Assembly: GCA_963737905.1 (NCBI GenBank)
Contig: CAVTUQ010000040.1
Coordinates: forward strand, 32,001 to 96,000
Direction: 5' to 3'
Length of the DNA: 64,000 nucleotides
Source of the DNA: an uncultured delta proteobacterium
GTDB lineage: Bacteria > Desulfobacterota > Binatia > UBA9968
Shown here: in pieces, positions 56,605 through 64,000 of the stretch
How positions within the stretch are numbered: the first letter of the stretch is position 1
How the letters are laid out: the number at the start of each line of letters is the position of its first letter
The notes under the pieces: model-generated
Told to the model about the DNA's origin: nothing
The model's database searches: none
Seen by the model: the letters and a program-made list of their open reading frames with translations, nothing else
Position numbers and translations under genes: made by a program

Positions 56605-59499
56605 CTAGGACCGGGAATTTATCGATTCCCATAGCACCTCCGCCGGATGCTTCGCTCTCCTGCCTGCCAGGTGTTCGATCTGCTGGCGGCAGGAGATGCC
56701 GGGCGCCACTAGCTCGACGGCAGGGCTCGCGGCCTTGACCGCCGGTGCCAAACGCCGATTGCCTATCGTCAAAGATAAATCGTAGTGCTCTTTTTCGAAG
56801 CCAAAGGAACCGGCCATACCGCAGCAGCCCGAATCGATTTCGCTGACTTCGAAGCCGGCCTGCTTAAGAACCGCGACAGTCGGCCCCGTCCCGACCAAGG
56901 CTTTTTGATGGCAGTGGCCGTGGAGCAGGACTTTGCGATTACCGTTGCTCCGACTCCAAGTTAATCGGCCTGCGTTCACTTCCCTCATCAGGAATTCTTC
57001 TAACAAAAAACTGTTTTCCGCTACTCGCTTGGCGTCGCTGGTTCGAAGAAACTCAGGATATTCGTCTCTGAGCGTAAGCAAACAGGAAGGCTCTAGACCA
57101 ATGACTGGAACGCCCTTCGCAACCTCCGGGGCGAGTTGATCGACGTTCCAAGCCGCGTTGTTCTTCGCTTCTCCCAGCATACCCTTGGAAATCATCGGCC
57201 GGCCGCAGCAGCGTTTATTCACCAAGCGGACCTGATAACCCAGACGTTCCAAAAGACGCGTTGCTGCGATGGCGACGTTCGGGGTATTGAAGTTATTGAA
57301 CGTGTCGTGAAACAGAACCACTTCACCTTTTGCCCCGTCGCCCGACGCCTTGTGCTCCTCAAACCAGTCTTCAAAAGTGACCTCGGCAAAGCGAGGCAAG
57401 GGTCTCCGGCGATCGATCCCCGCGATTTTCTCCATTAGCCAACGGTTCAATCCGGACCCGGCGATCCAGTTCGACAATGGCGCAAACTGCGACCCGATAC
57501 GGTTTAGTCGCTCGATGCCGCCAAACAGCCGATTCCGCAACGGGAGGCCGTTCGCCCGGTGATAGTGGTCGAGAAACTCGTACTTGAGCTTTGCCATATC
57601 CACGTTGGAAGGACACTCCGCCTTGCAGGCCTTGCACTCCAGGCAAAGATCCATTACCTCATAGAGCCGCTTGCCGGTAAATTCTTCTTTCGGGACCTTT
57701 CCCGAAAGCACAGCGCGCAAAGCATTCGCCCTGCCCCGCGTGGAGTGTTCTTCGTCGAGGGTTCCCATGTACGACGGGCACATGGTGCCGTCCAGCTTCT
57801 TACGGCACTCGCCCATGCCGCTGCACATCTCCACGGCACGCGCAAAACCGCCTTGGACGTCGAAGTCCAAGGTCGTATCCGGCTGCCACGTCTTGTACTG
57901 GGGACTGATCTTCAGCGACTCCGTCATGGCAGGCGCATCGACAATCTTTCCCGGATTCATGAGGTTCTTCGGATCAAAGGCGCGCTTCACCTGGCGGAAG
58001 GCTTCATAGAGGACAGGTCCAAAAAGTTTTTTGTTAAAATGGCTCCGCGCCAAGCCATCGCCATGTTCCCCCGACATGGCGCCATTGTACTCGAGGACGA
58101 GATCTGAGATCGCGTTGGCGATGGAGACCATTTTGGTCATTTCGCTGGGTTCCTTGAGGTTGATCAACGGGCGAATATGCATGCAGCCAACGGAACAATG
58201 GCCATAGTAGCCGGCGATGGCGTCGTGGTCTGTGATAATCTCTCTGAAACGCTTGATGAACTCCGGAAGCTTGGCCGGTGCGACGGCGGTGTCTTCGACG
58301 AACGCGATCGGTTTCTTGTCGCCCCTCGTCCCGAGCAGCAATCCGAGGCCGGCCTTTCTTACGCCCCAGATCGCTTTGACCTCCTCTGGCTTGAATGCGA
58401 GGCTGGCGGTATAGCCGATCCGCTCTTTCTTTCGGAGTTCTTCTAGCTTGTAGACCTGCTCCTTGACCTCGTCTTCCGTTTCACCCGCATATTCCACCAT
58501 CAACAGAGAATCAGGGTTCCCCTGCACGAAGCCCAGCTTTCTCGATTGCTCGATATTGCCCCGGGCCAAATTGAGGATCATCTTATCCGTGGATTCCACC
58601 GCATAGGGCGCGGTTTGCAAAACCACCTGAGAGCATTCCAGCGCTTCTTGATCGCTGTAAAAGTGAATGACATCCATCGCCGTCCACTTGGGCTTCGGCA
58701 CCAAGCGCATTTTAGCCTCGACGACGGTGCCCAACGTCCCTTCGGAGCCGACGAGAATGCGCGACAGATTAAAGGGCTGCGGCTTGATAAACTCATCCAG
58801 GTTGTAGCCGGAAACGCGACGCATGATCTTGGGATAACGCGCCAGGATTTCATCCTTGTGCTCTCGCGCCAGCTGCGCGATCTCCCGATGGATGCGTGCC
58901 TCGGAAGTTTCCGCTCTGCTCTTATCCTCCAACGACGCAGGCGATAAATCCTTCAGCATCACTTCGCTGCCATCGGACAGCAAGACGGTGAGTTCCAAGA
59001 CGTGATCCAAGGTCTTGCCGTAGGTGAGTGAATGAGCGCCGGCGGAGTTGTTGCCGATCATGCCGCCGATGGTGGCCCGGTTTGACGTTGAGGTGTCAGG
59101 CCCGAATTGCAGTCCCATCGGCCGGACGTGGGCATTAAGCTCGTCCTGGACGAGCCCCGGTTGAACGCGGCACCAGAGCTCTTCCCGGTTTACATCCATG
59201 ACGTTTTTCATGTACTTCGAAAAATCTAAAACGATGGCATGCCCAACGGTTTGTCCGGCCAGGGACGTACCCCCACCGCGGGGCAATACCGGCACGTTGA
59301 ACTTGTTGGCGATTTCGATGACCGCCTGGACGTCACCCGTATGGCGCGGCACCACGACGCCGATGGGTTCAATCTGATACATGGAAGCATCCGTCGAATA
59401 GAGCAGACGCGAATAGGGGTCGAAGTGAACGTCTCCCTCGATACGCTTTTTCAATTCAGCGGCGATCTCAGAATATTCATTGTTCGTGTTGATCTTCAT
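56605..59499 (-). CDS. FAD-binding / (Fe-S)-binding oxidoreductase (YdiJ/GlcD-GlcF fusion-like 2-hydroxyacid dehydrogenase)
   Basis: PRGGGTSLAGQ, GEHGDG, FDP..LMNPGK, CSGMGEC, CLECKACKAECP and CCG motifs. Confidence 0.9.
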   Translation of the reverse strand: MKINTNNEYSEIAAELKKRIEGDVHFDPYSRLLYSTDASMYQIEPIGVVVPRHTGDVQAVIEIANKFNVPVLPRGGGTSLAGQTVGHAIVLDFSKYMKNVMDVNREELWCRVQPGLVQDELNAHVRPMGLQFGPDTSTSNRATIGGMIGNNSAGAHSLTYGKTLDHVLELTVLLSDGSEVMLKDLSPASLEDKSRAETSEARIHREIAQLAREHKDEILARYPKIMRRVSGYNLDEFIKPQPFNLSRILVGSEGTLGTVVEAKMRLVPKPKWTAMDVIHFYSDQEALECSQVVLQTAPYAVESTDKMILNLARGNIEQSRKLGFVQGNPDSLLMVEYAGETEDEVKEQVYKLEELRKKERIGYTASLAFKPEEVKAIWGVRKAGLGLLLGTRGDKKPIAFVEDTAVAPAKLPEFIKRFREIITDHDAIAGYYGHCSVGCMHIRPLINLKEPSEMTKMVSIANAISDLVLEYNGAMSGEHGDGLARSHFNKKLFGPVLYEAFRQVKRAFDPKNLMNPGKIVDAPAMTESLKISPQYKTWQPDTTLDFDVQGGFARAVEMCSGMGECRKKLDGTMCPSYMGTLDEEHSTRGRANALRAVLSGKVPKEEFTGKRLYEVMDLCLECKACKAECPSNVDMAKLKYEFLDHYHRANGLPLRNRLFGGIERLNRIGSQFAPLSNWIAGSGLNRWLMEKIAGIDRRRPLPRFAEVTFEDWFEEHKASGDGAKGEVVLFHDTFNNFNTPNVAIAATRLLERLGYQVRLVNKRCCGRPMISKGMLGEAKNNAAWNVDQLAPEVAKGVPVIGLEPSCLLTLRDEYPEFLRTSDAKRVAENSFLLEEFLMREVNAGRLTWSRSNGNRKVLLHGHCHQKALVGTGPTVAVLKQAGFEVSEIDSGCCGMAGSFGFEKEHYDLSLTIGNRRLAPAVKAASPAVELVAPGISCRQQIEHLAGRRAKHPAEVLWESINSRS

Positions 59500-59541
59500 G
59501 TGGACCTCTCGCATACAGACTAGAACTCGAGTCGTCTGCTC

Positions 59542-60435
59542 TCAAGCCCAACGCATCACCAGCACCCCGATGACAACCAATGCCGCAGCGATCCCATCTC
59601 TGAATGTCACAATTTCTATCCCTTTCAGGGTAACGCGCGCAAGAAAAAAACTGATGATCGGCTGCGTATTCCAGATGGGCGCGACGACCGAAGCGGGCGC
59701 GTAAAGGAGCGCGTTCAAAGTAAAGACGGAACCGATAGCCTGCAGCACCCCGGCGAAGACAAAACAAAGAAAGCTCGGCAGTGGGACCTTTTGCCATTTC
59801 AACTCTATCTTGAGCAGACTGCCGACGGTAAGCAACAGGAGCAAGCCTGTCGTATGGATGGTCAAAGCACCCAGCATCGGAGAGCCGCCGCTATCCGTGG
59901 CAAACTTCTTCATGACGGGCACCAGCCCATAACAAATCGTCGCCAGAACCGAAGTTACCGTGAGGATTCGTTTGGCGGGACCGCGACTCGGGTGCGGTTC
60001 GGCCTTGGGAATGAAAAATATGCCGGAGACAATAAGGAGGACGCCGACAAGAACCGTCATTGTAAGATGCTCGCCGAGCAGCAACGCCGCCAGGATAACG
60101 GTTACCAAGGGCGAAGTGTTATTCACTAACTGCGCCCGCGTCGCTCCGATCTGATCAACGCTCTTCACGAAGAGGGTCCGCCCCAGATAAGCACCGACGA
60201 TACCGATGGCGATGAAGACGGGCATGGCCGCCGTGGATACGCGGCCCGTGCCAACCGATCCCTCTACAAACGTGAATACAATAAGAGTGAGAAGAATGGC
60301 GGCCTGTTGAATCAAAGTCGCCGTGCTCACGTCTGAGCCGACCAGCCCCCGTTTGACCAGCACAGGGCTCGCCCCCCAGAAAAAGCCGGCGATGAGCGCA
60401 TATAAGATTCCGGTTTCCATGGTCTGGTCCGGCAA
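59542..60435 (-). CDS. EamA/DMT family transporter
   Basis: Two EamA repeats, LLGEHL motif. Confidence 0.85.
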   Translation of the reverse strand: MPDQTMETGILYALIAGFFWGASPVLVKRGLVGSDVSTATLIQQAAILLTLIVFTFVEGSVGTGRVSTAAMPVFIAIGIVGAYLGRTLFVKSVDQIGATRAQLVNNTSPLVTVILAALLLGEHLTMTVLVGVLLIVSGIFFIPKAEPHPSRGPAKRILTVTSVLATICYGLVPVMKKFATDSGGSPMLGALTIHTTGLLLLLTVGSLLKIELKWQKVPLPSFLCFVFAGVLQAIGSVFTLNALLYAPASVVAPIWNTQPIISFFLARVTLKGIEIVTFRDGIAAALVVIGVLVMRWA

Positions 60436-60438
60436 GGA

Positions 60439-61116
60439 TTACAACACCGACCTGGCCCGATTAAAAACGGCGTGAAACATCGGTGGCGTGAGCTTTCCGG
60501 TGAATGTGTTTTGCTGGCTGGGATGATAAGAACATATCAACGTCACACCACTCGACAACACGACTGTTGCGCCGTGGCCAAACCGCGGCCGCGGCTTGGG
60601 CACCGTCCCGCCGTTTTCCTGATGGGCCGCAAGAAACGCGTCAAAGGCGATCTTTCCCAGCGTAACGACCACACGAACGTCTTTGAATAGCCTGACCTCT
60701 TGAACCAAGTAAGGGCGGCAGCGCTCAAATTCTATTCGGCTCGGCTTATTGTCCGGCGGCGCACACCGAACGGCAGCGGTAATGTAACAATCCCTGAGTT
60801 TCAGACCGTCGTCTCGGTGCACCGACTCCTGCTGATTGGCGAATCCGGCAGCGTGCAGCGCGCCATAAAGCCAGTCACCGCTGCGATCGCCGGTAAACAT
60901 TCTGCCGGTTCGATTGCCGCCATGCGCCGCAGGGGCCAAACCCACGATCAGCAGCCGCGCATTGGGATCGCCAAACCCTGGCAAAGGTTTTGCCCAATAC
61001 TTTTGACCTTGGTACCGCCGCGGTGGTTCTTTGGCGACTCCTTCGCGCCAGCGCACCAGCCGCGGGCATTTGCGACAAGAGGTTATCCTATGTTGGAGCT
61101 GTTGAAGATCCTCCAT
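60439..61116 (-). CDS. Uracil-DNA glycosylase, family 5 (UdgB-like)
   Basis: CRKCPRL, VGLAPAAHGGNRTGRMFTGDRSG and YHPSQQNT motifs. Confidence 0.9.
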   Translation of the reverse strand: MEDLQQLQHRITSCRKCPRLVRWREGVAKEPPRRYQGQKYWAKPLPGFGDPNARLLIVGLAPAAHGGNRTGRMFTGDRSGDWLYGALHAAGFANQQESVHRDDGLKLRDCYITAAVRCAPPDNKPSRIEFERCRPYLVQEVRLFKDVRVVVTLGKIAFDAFLAAHQENGGTVPKPRPRFGHGATVVLSSGVTLICSYHPSQQNTFTGKLTPPMFHAVFNRARSVL

Positions 61117-61438
61117 GGCTGTTTGTTAGCACAAAGATCACAAAAAAAGCAGTTCCATCGCCAGCACAGAAAAGTCCTATCGAGTCGGTCCCATGCCTTT
61201 GTCTTCGACTTTTTTCTAACATGATCACTTTGCTACAACAGTCTTCGACTTTTTTCTTGCCATCACGATACTTCTTCGTTAAGATTTAACTGTTCGCTGG
61301 CCGCGAAGCGCAAAGCTTCATTGGCCAGAGATGAGTGCGAGTGAAATCCGACCATCACCCTTCGCCAGACTTTTCCCCCATCCGGCCCGTCGTTGACAAC
61401 AGCTCGCACACCAACGCTTTTAGTGTGAAGGAGACTCT

Positions 61439-62050
61439 ATGTTTGGTTACAATCCGATCATTCTTCGAGGCGCTTTACAAGAACGACAATTGCTGGACAA
61501 GCTCTTTCGCATTCTTCTTAAAGTGATCCATGAAATTCCGACGAGCACCGAGAAAGAAACGAGCGAAGCCCTGATCCGATCTCGTAAGCTGATCTCGGAG
61601 GCCTCCTTCAGGGCCGCTGCAATCTCCGGAGCCCTCGCCCTGCCGTTGGGGGCCTTGGGATGGTTGACGATTCTCCCGGATCTCGCGGCCATCTGGCGGC
61701 TGCAGGCGCAAATGGTGGCCGACATCGGCGCCGTGTTCGGCAAAAAAGGAAAGCTGACGGAAGAATCGATGATCTACTGTTTGTTCCGCCATGCCGCCGC
61801 CCAGGTCGTGCGCGACCTGGTGACGCGCATGGGCGAGAGAGTCGTCGTACAGCGCGGTTCGTTGCGTGTGGCTGAAAACGTGCTGGAAAGTATCGGCATC
61901 AAGCTCGTTCACCGCGTCGCCCGCGGCGGACTCTGGCGACTCCTGCCCGCCATCGGCGCCGTAGCCGTCGCCGGCTACGCTTACTATGACACCGAACAAG
62001 TCGGTCACACTGCCATCGAGTTTTTTAGCAAGGACATCGACTTCGAGTAA
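61439..62050 (+). CDS. EcsC-family protein
   Basis: AAISGALALP.G.LGWLTILPDL..IWRLQAQMVADI...RLLPAIGA. Confidence 0.7.
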   Translation: MFGYNPIILRGALQERQLLDKLFRILLKVIHEIPTSTEKETSEALIRSRKLISEASFRAAAISGALALPLGALGWLTILPDLAAIWRLQAQMVADIGAVFGKKGKLTEESMIYCLFRHAAAQVVRDLVTRMGERVVVQRGSLRVAENVLESIGIKLVHRVARGGLWRLLPAIGAVAVAGYAYYDTEQVGHTAIEFFSKDIDFE

Positions 62051-62073
62051 GAGCCCAAGCCAACGAGCGTCTG

Positions 62074-62685
62074 ATGAAACAATGGCGCCGGGTCTTTTTT
62101 ATCTCCGCAATTCTACTCATGAGGATCGAGCACATGGAATTCGGCTCCCAAGAAGATGCCTCGATCGGGGTCGCTTATGCGGAAGAGCAGGATCGTGATT
62201 CCAGGTATATTGCGCCGTTCGTGCCCACACCGCAAGAAGTGGTCGATCGGATGCTGGAGCTGGCTCGAGTCGGCCCGGGGGACCTGCTTTATGATCTCGG
62301 ATCGGGAGACGGAAGAATCGTGATAACGGCGGCCAAACGATATGGGGCCAGGGCCGTCGGTTTTGAGATCGATCCTGCGCTGGTGACGGATTCTGAGCGC
62401 AATATCAAAGAAGCCGGCGTAGAGCACCTTGCCGAAATTCGTGAGGAGGACATCCGGACCGTGGACCTGTCGCCTGCCACCGTGGTGACGATGTATCTCT
62501 ATCCCGGGGCCAACCTCCGGCTCCGAGCCGCGATCATGCGCCAGTTGAAACCGGGCTCCAGGGTGGTTTCTCACGATTTCAGCATGGGGGATTGGAAACC
62601 TGATCGGGTGGAACAGATGACCGACTCGGGTGGCTTGTCGCGAACGATCTATCTCTGGCGCATTGGAGATCGGAGCACGCCCTGA
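62074..62685 (+). CDS. SAM-dependent methyltransferase (exported-type)
   Basis: PFVPTP..VV.RML, YDLGSGDGRI, ATVVTMYL and RVVSHDF motifs. Confidence 0.9.
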   Translation: MKQWRRVFFISAILLMRIEHMEFGSQEDASIGVAYAEEQDRDSRYIAPFVPTPQEVVDRMLELARVGPGDLLYDLGSGDGRIVITAAKRYGARAVGFEIDPALVTDSERNIKEAGVEHLAEIREEDIRTVDLSPATVVTMYLYPGANLRLRAAIMRQLKPGSRVVSHDFSMGDWKPDRVEQMTDSGGLSRTIYLWRIGDRSTP

Positions 62686-62797
62686 GACGATGGTCTCCCG
62701 TCTTGACATCTGAGAGCCATTGGCAAAACAAACTGGATGTCATATTGACCAGTTCTCATCGATGCGCCACAGTAGGATGAGAAAAGGGGGACTGCCA

Positions 62798-63055
62798 GTG
62801 CCGCAATACGACATTTACGTGCGTTGCGTTGAATGTACCGCCGTGCATCCCATGCGCATTCGCATTCACCTGGACAACGGTCCGGTGGAGAAACAGAGTA
62901 TCGCCGAAACTTACCAAGGAAGAGTGCGGCCTCCACAGCTTCAAGCTATCGAAGGCCACAAAACCCTATGTTTAAAGACAGGGCGGATGTTCGTACAAGA
63001 AAACCACAATCAAATATTTTTAGTCCCTAGCTACAGCTCGGAACGCATTACCTAG
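62798..63055 (+). CDS. Small hypothetical Cys/His (Zn-ribbon-like) protein
   Basis: YVRCVECTAVHPM...CLKTGRMF; RBS GGGGGA before GTG. Confidence 0.5.
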   Translation: MPQYDIYVRCVECTAVHPMRIRIHLDNGPVEKQSIAETYQGRVRPPQLQAIEGHKTLCLKTGRMFVQENHNQIFLVPSYSSERIT

Positions 63056-63184
63056 ATGCGAGTCGCACTACAACAACCATCCACGAAAAGCTGCGGGTCC
63101 AATTCCAAAAGTCCCAGGGAACTTCTAAAGAGACTGGACTAGCGATCGCCGGGCAGAGGAAGAGCATGGCGATTGTGCCATGCG

Positions 63185-63276
63185 CTGACAATTTGACACT
63201 ATGCGCTGTCAAATTGCCAGCCATGAGCTCTAGAGACCCGGTATTTTGGGCTTTTCTTCCTGGCGTGCCCTTTGCT
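63185..63276 (+). promoter_or_regulatory. Independent sigma54 promoter with a different enhancer-like inverted repeat
   Basis: CTGACAATTTGACA-N8-TGTCAAATTGCCAG (63185-63220, 13/14 match) and TGGCGT-GCCCT-TTGCT (63261-76). Confidence 0.65.
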
Positions 63277-63288
63277 CTTTTTTGGTGC

Positions 63289-63771
63289 ATGAACACTGCC
63301 CAAAGATTCCTGCTATCACAACCCAACCCCATTACGAATTCGGAAATAGCCAGCGCCCATCTCGCGCGCGGTGAAGTAGCCGAGGCCGACGAGGAATGGG
63401 GACTAGCCCTGGAGCATTACGGAATCGGCCTATCGCTTTTGCCGAAAGAGACCCCCACGCTATATTTTCTTTTCAACAATGCCGCCCATTGCCTCAATGC
63501 GCTGGAGCTTTACTCCGAGGGAGAGAGCTACTGCCGTCGCGCTATCGAAATAGACCCGACTCGCCCCGAGGCCTATAAGAATTTGGCGGCTGCCCGCCGC
63601 GCCCAAGGTAACTTCAGAGGCTCGGCGTTGTGCTTGGTCGAAGCTATCAAAATTGATCCCTCCGATGAGCGCGCCGTGCGCCTTCTCAACCAGCTGTTAA
63701 TGGATTATCCCACCCTGTCGCTGCAATACCCTCAGATCGCCCGAGAGCTCGAACTGCTAGAACGCAGGTAA
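63289..63771 (+). CDS. Tetratricopeptide repeat protein
   Basis: NNAAHCL..L..Y.EG..YCRRAIEIDP.RPEAYKNLA TPR units; start probably ATG 63289. Confidence 0.8.
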   Translation: MNTAQRFLLSQPNPITNSEIASAHLARGEVAEADEEWGLALEHYGIGLSLLPKETPTLYFLFNNAAHCLNALELYSEGESYCRRAIEIDPTRPEAYKNLAAARRAQGNFRGSALCLVEAIKIDPSDERAVRLLNQLLMDYPTLSLQYPQIARELELLERR

Positions 63772-64000
63772 AGTTTCCCCGCGCACCCCCCTAGTCCAGA
63801 CCCTTTTCGTCAGCCAAGCCGAGCCGCCTGGAAAACCCAAAACAGAACAAGGCAGTTTCACCAAAGGCTCTCATAAGTTAATCGAAAATAACCGGCGGAT
63901 GACCGAACCCGGAATCCCGGAGAAGGGCTGACGATCGAAGATCGAGGATATGGAGGATGGATTTGTAATCGCAACAGGTCCTTTATTCACTGTTTTCGAT

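Noticed and set aside
1-64000. tRNA or rRNA genes
   Set aside because: No cloverleaf or rRNA-like segment recognised; intergenic gaps are explained by repeats and promoters.

Overview
Bacterial chromosomal window of moderately high GC. The gene repertoire (orphan NMT1/TAXI/PF04392 binding proteins, amidohydrolase_2, MFS, Mo-hydroxylase) resembles Candidatus Binatia/deltaproteobacteria; this is inference, not a marker-gene assignment. Regions 1-32.5 kb and 52-64 kb are mostly ordinary catabolic, transport and housekeeping genes with short heptamer- and REP-type palindromes. Several single-base frameshifts look like long-read indel errors. The standout is an accessory island at about 32.6-52.1 kb. 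It holds a three-gene signalling operon (PF04392-type solute-binding protein, Cache/HAMP histidine kinase, NtrC-type sigma54 activator with GAFTGA). Divergent from it is a 14-kb array containing six co-oriented copies of a ~130-bp DNA module. Each copy has two 18-bp palindromes (GGTGKC-N6-[G/C/A][A/C]CACC) 21-22 bp apart, an IHF-like site (AACTCAATCACTTAG) and a consensus sigma54 -24/-12 promoter (TGGCAY-N5-TTGCT) at a near-constant 112-115 bp from the first palindrome. Each copy heads a gene for an exported or envelope protein: two novel secreted proteins, a truncated Kelch gene, ExbB/ExbD, an M23 lipoprotein and a Kelch/FG-GAP double propeller. A seventh, divergent sigma54 promoter drives the signalling operon from the same enhancer. 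The array shows duplication, deletion and shuffling scars and is interspersed with toxin-antitoxin modules. It looks like a promoter-cassette array: a locally amplified sigma54 secretome regulon.
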